From Candidatus Eiseniibacteriota bacterium (lineage in GTDB: Bacteria > Eisenbacteria > RBG-16-71-46): a stretch of DNA of 19,576 bases. The notes below the pieces were generated by a model that saw only the letters and a list, made by a program, of their open reading frames with translations, was not told the DNA's origin and did not search any database. Positions 17,482 to 19,576 of this stretch are shown here, in pieces (within the stretch, counting starts at the first letter, position 1; each line of letters opens with the position of its first letter). The stretch lies in NCBI GenBank assembly GCA_041483195.1, contig JBGPFC010000054.1, forward strand, positions 1 through 19,576, in the 5' to 3' direction. The translations under genes and the position numbers were made by a program.

Positions 17482-18336
17482 GTGAGCTGGGAGCTTCGCA
17501 CCGGTTCGCTGCTGCGCTGGCTGGCGATCGTGGCGCTCGGGTGGGCGCCCGCGATGCTCGGGCTCGTATTGCTCGAGCGCGGATCGCTCGGCGCGCGCGC
17601 CGCGCTCACGATCGGCCTCGCGGGCGGGGTCGCAGCGGCCGCGCTCGTCTGCTCGCGCGTCATCCGGCGGCGCGAGCCGAAGCTCGTCCCGCGGGCGGCC
17701 GGCGGCGGGGCGGGCGCGGTGTCGTGGGCCGCCGTCGCGAACCCGCGTGGCAGCTACGCCAACCGCTGGGCCGCCTACGAGCGCCTCTCCGCGTGGCTCG
17801 CGGGCCGCGACTGGACCGGGAAGACGATCGCGGAGTTCGGACACACCAACGACGTGCTGAAGCCGTTCATTCGCGGTGGGCGTCACGTGATGCTCGAGTA
17901 CCCCGAGCATGACGTCCAGCGCCTGGACCGCGTGGCGGACGATCAGTTCGACCTGGCCATTCTCGATCAGACCCTCGAGCACGTCGCCGATCCCGAGCGC
18001 GCGCTGGGCGAGGTGCACCGCGTGCTGAAACCGGGGGGCGTCGCGATCGTGACGACGCCGTTCCTGGTGCCGCTCCACTCTACCTCGGACTACGGCGACT
18101 ACACGCGCTGGACCCCGCAGGGCATGAAGACCATGCTCGAGCGGCGCGGCTTCGAGGCCGAGGTCGAGTCGTGGGGCAACCTCGCGGCCGCGAAGGCGCT
18201 GCTCGGCGACATGTACCTGACCGCCGAGGACGCGAAGCGCCTGGGGCTCGGGATCGAGGCCGCGGACGGCGAGCCGCTTTACCCCGTCACGCTGTGGGCG
18301 TTCGCCACGGCGCGGAAGGGAGACGGGGGGCTGTGA
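17482..18336 (+). CDS. Class I SAM methyltransferase-domain protein with two N-terminal TM helices
   Basis: FDLAILDQTLEHVADPERALGEVHRVLKPGGVAIVTTPF...DYTRWT. Two hydrophobic N-terminal segments. Motif I is degenerate (IAEFGHTN). Confidence 0.82.
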   Translation: MSWELRTGSLLRWLAIVALGWAPAMLGLVLLERGSLGARAALTIGLAGGVAAAALVCSRVIRRREPKLVPRAAGGGAGAVSWAAVANPRGSYANRWAAYERLSAWLAGRDWTGKTIAEFGHTNDVLKPFIRGGRHVMLEYPEHDVQRLDRVADDQFDLAILDQTLEHVADPERALGEVHRVLKPGGVAIVTTPFLVPLHSTSDYGDYTRWTPQGMKTMLERRGFEAEVESWGNLAAAKALLGDMYLTAEDAKRLGLGIEAADGEPLYPVTLWAFATARKGDGGL

Positions 18337-19355
18337 GCGGCGGGGAGCGCGTGAGCGCGCTGCTCACGTGTTACAACGCGGCATGGTGCGTGGACCGCGC
18401 GCTCGACGGCTTGCTCGCGCAGACCAGGGCACCGGACGAGATCGTCGTCACCGACGACGGCTCCACCGACGACACCGTCGAGCGCATCGTCTCGCGACTC
18501 GGCACGCGCGCGAAGCTGCTGCGCCTGCCGCACCAGGGACTCACCCGCAGCCGCGCCGCGGCATTCGCCGCCGCGAGCGGCGACTGGCTCGCGATGCTCG
18601 ACGCCGACGACCGCTGGCTTCCGGAAAAGCTGGAGCGCGAGCTGGCCGCGGCCCGGCGGCATCCGGACGCGCGCTGGATCGTGAGCGATGCGGTGTACGT
18701 CTCGGAGGCGGGCGTGCTGCGCGAGTCGTGGCTCTCGCACTACTTCGATCCGGTGCGCGAGCTGAGCGGGGACCTGCTCCCCGCGCTGATCGAGCGCTCG
18801 TTCGTGCTGCCGAGCGCTTCGCTGGTGGCGGCCGATGCGTACCGCGCGAGCGGCGGGTTCGACCCGTCGTTCGTCTACTCGCAGGACTACGATCTCTTCC
18901 TGCGGCTCGCGGCCCGGTGTCCGGGCGTGGTGCTCCCGGACCGTCTCGCGCATTACTTCGCGAGCCCGGGCGGCATGTCGCGCAGGCTCGAGGAGCGGCA
19001 CCGGGACAATCTCCGATTGATGGAGCGGATCGAGCGCGGGGAGCTGCGGCGCGAACCGCGCATCGAGCGGAGCGGCGCGCGGCGCGTGGCCGCCCTGTCG
19101 TTCGACGTGGGCATGATCTGCATGCGCTCGGGCCGCATCGAGGAGGCGCGGGGCCTGCTCGGACGCGCGGCGGGCCGCGGGAGCCCCTGGCCCCGCCGGG
19201 CGGTCGCGCTCGCCGCCGCGATGCTCCCGGCGTTCATGGTGCGGGCGTTCGCGCGGCTCGGGTGGGTGCGGGGCGCCGTGGGCCGGGTGGCCGAGACCGC
19301 GCGGCGCCTGGACGCCCGTCTCGATCCTCCCGGTCCGGGAGACGGCGCCGCTTGA
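18333..19355 (+). CDS. Glycosyltransferase family 2 (GT-A) (340 aa)
   Basis: GTGA overlap with the upstream stop. VSALLTCYNAA, EIVVTDDGSTDDT, GDWLAMLDADDRWLPEKLE (DxD), GGFD...QDYDLFLRLA. TPR-like helix near the C-terminus. Confidence 0.93.
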   Translation: MSGGERVSALLTCYNAAWCVDRALDGLLAQTRAPDEIVVTDDGSTDDTVERIVSRLGTRAKLLRLPHQGLTRSRAAAFAAASGDWLAMLDADDRWLPEKLERELAAARRHPDARWIVSDAVYVSEAGVLRESWLSHYFDPVRELSGDLLPALIERSFVLPSASLVAADAYRASGGFDPSFVYSQDYDLFLRLAARCPGVVLPDRLAHYFASPGGMSRRLEERHRDNLRLMERIERGELRREPRIERSGARRVAALSFDVGMICMRSGRIEEARGLLGRAAGRGSPWPRRAVALAAAMLPAFMVRAFARLGWVRGAVGRVAETARRLDARLDPPGPGDGAA

Positions 19356-19445
19356 ATCCGGGAGGGCCCGCGCTCGCGGAGGGCGAGGGTTCTCGGCACC
19401 CGGCGCGCGCACGGGTGTCACGCTTTCCATTTCCCGCTGTCGCAA

Positions 19446-19485
19446 GTCAGTGATTCTGTCCCCCTAACGCGTCAGTGATTCTGTC
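19446..19485. repeat. Perfect 15-bp direct repeat GTCAGTGATTCTGTC x2 (candidate transcription-factor operator)
   Basis: Copies at 19446-19460 and 19471-19485, separated by 10 nt (25-nt period), in relatively AT-rich intergenic DNA. Confidence 0.85.
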
Positions 19486-19576
19486 ACCCCCCGGCTCCGG
19501 CCACGGGGGTCGGAGGTTGAGGTTTGTTGCCGCGTTTGTAGGGGTGGTTGGCCGCGGGTCGACGGATGTTGGTATA

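Noticed and set aside
19362..19420. Two small hairpins after the GT2 stop as an intrinsic terminator
   Set aside because: The stems are short and GC-driven (e.g. GGCACCCG/CGGGTGTC) with no immediately adjacent U-tract, so there is not enough support.
19440..19465. AAGTCAG...CTGTCC resembling the B12-box of a cobalamin riboswitch
   Set aside because: The central part mismatches the consensus and the upstream conserved core (GGGAA, CCCGC-ACTGT elements) is not found. The exact duplication fits an operator better.
19446..19485. Direct repeat as a CRISPR array
   Set aside because: Only two 15-bp copies with a 10-nt spacer, far too short, and no cas genes are present.

Overview
High-GC bacterial window, almost entirely + strand, centred on short/branched-chain acyl-CoA metabolism. 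It holds a 5'-truncated B12-dependent acyl-CoA mutase large subunit, its stand-alone B12-binding small subunit, a thiolase, a 3-hydroxybutyryl-CoA dehydrogenase and three acyl-CoA dehydrogenases. Interleaved accessory genes are three class I SAM methyltransferases, a GT2 glycosyltransferase, a flavodoxin/Isf-like protein, DUF1330, a FIST protein, a SnoaL/NTF2 protein, a secreted intradiol-dioxygenase-like protein, a BPSL0067/Tae2-like amidase homologue and small hypotheticals. One large minus-strand gene encodes a secreted Asp-box propeller protein with a T9SS-like C-terminal domain, which suggests (inference) a high-GC FCB-group lineage such as Ca. Eisenbacteria. Most notable: (i) the mutase has Gln rather than Arg at the substrate-specificity position, so it is probably not a methylmalonyl-CoA mutase; (ii) the small subunit carries a ~97-aa histone-H1-like basic tail; (iii) the Tae2-like homologue has Ser in place of the catalytic Cys and sits inside the catabolic operon without a recognisable immunity gene; (iv) a perfect 15-bp tandem repeat lies at the right edge. 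No rRNA, tRNA, CRISPR array or mobile element was seen. All family calls come from motif recognition by eye, not database searches.
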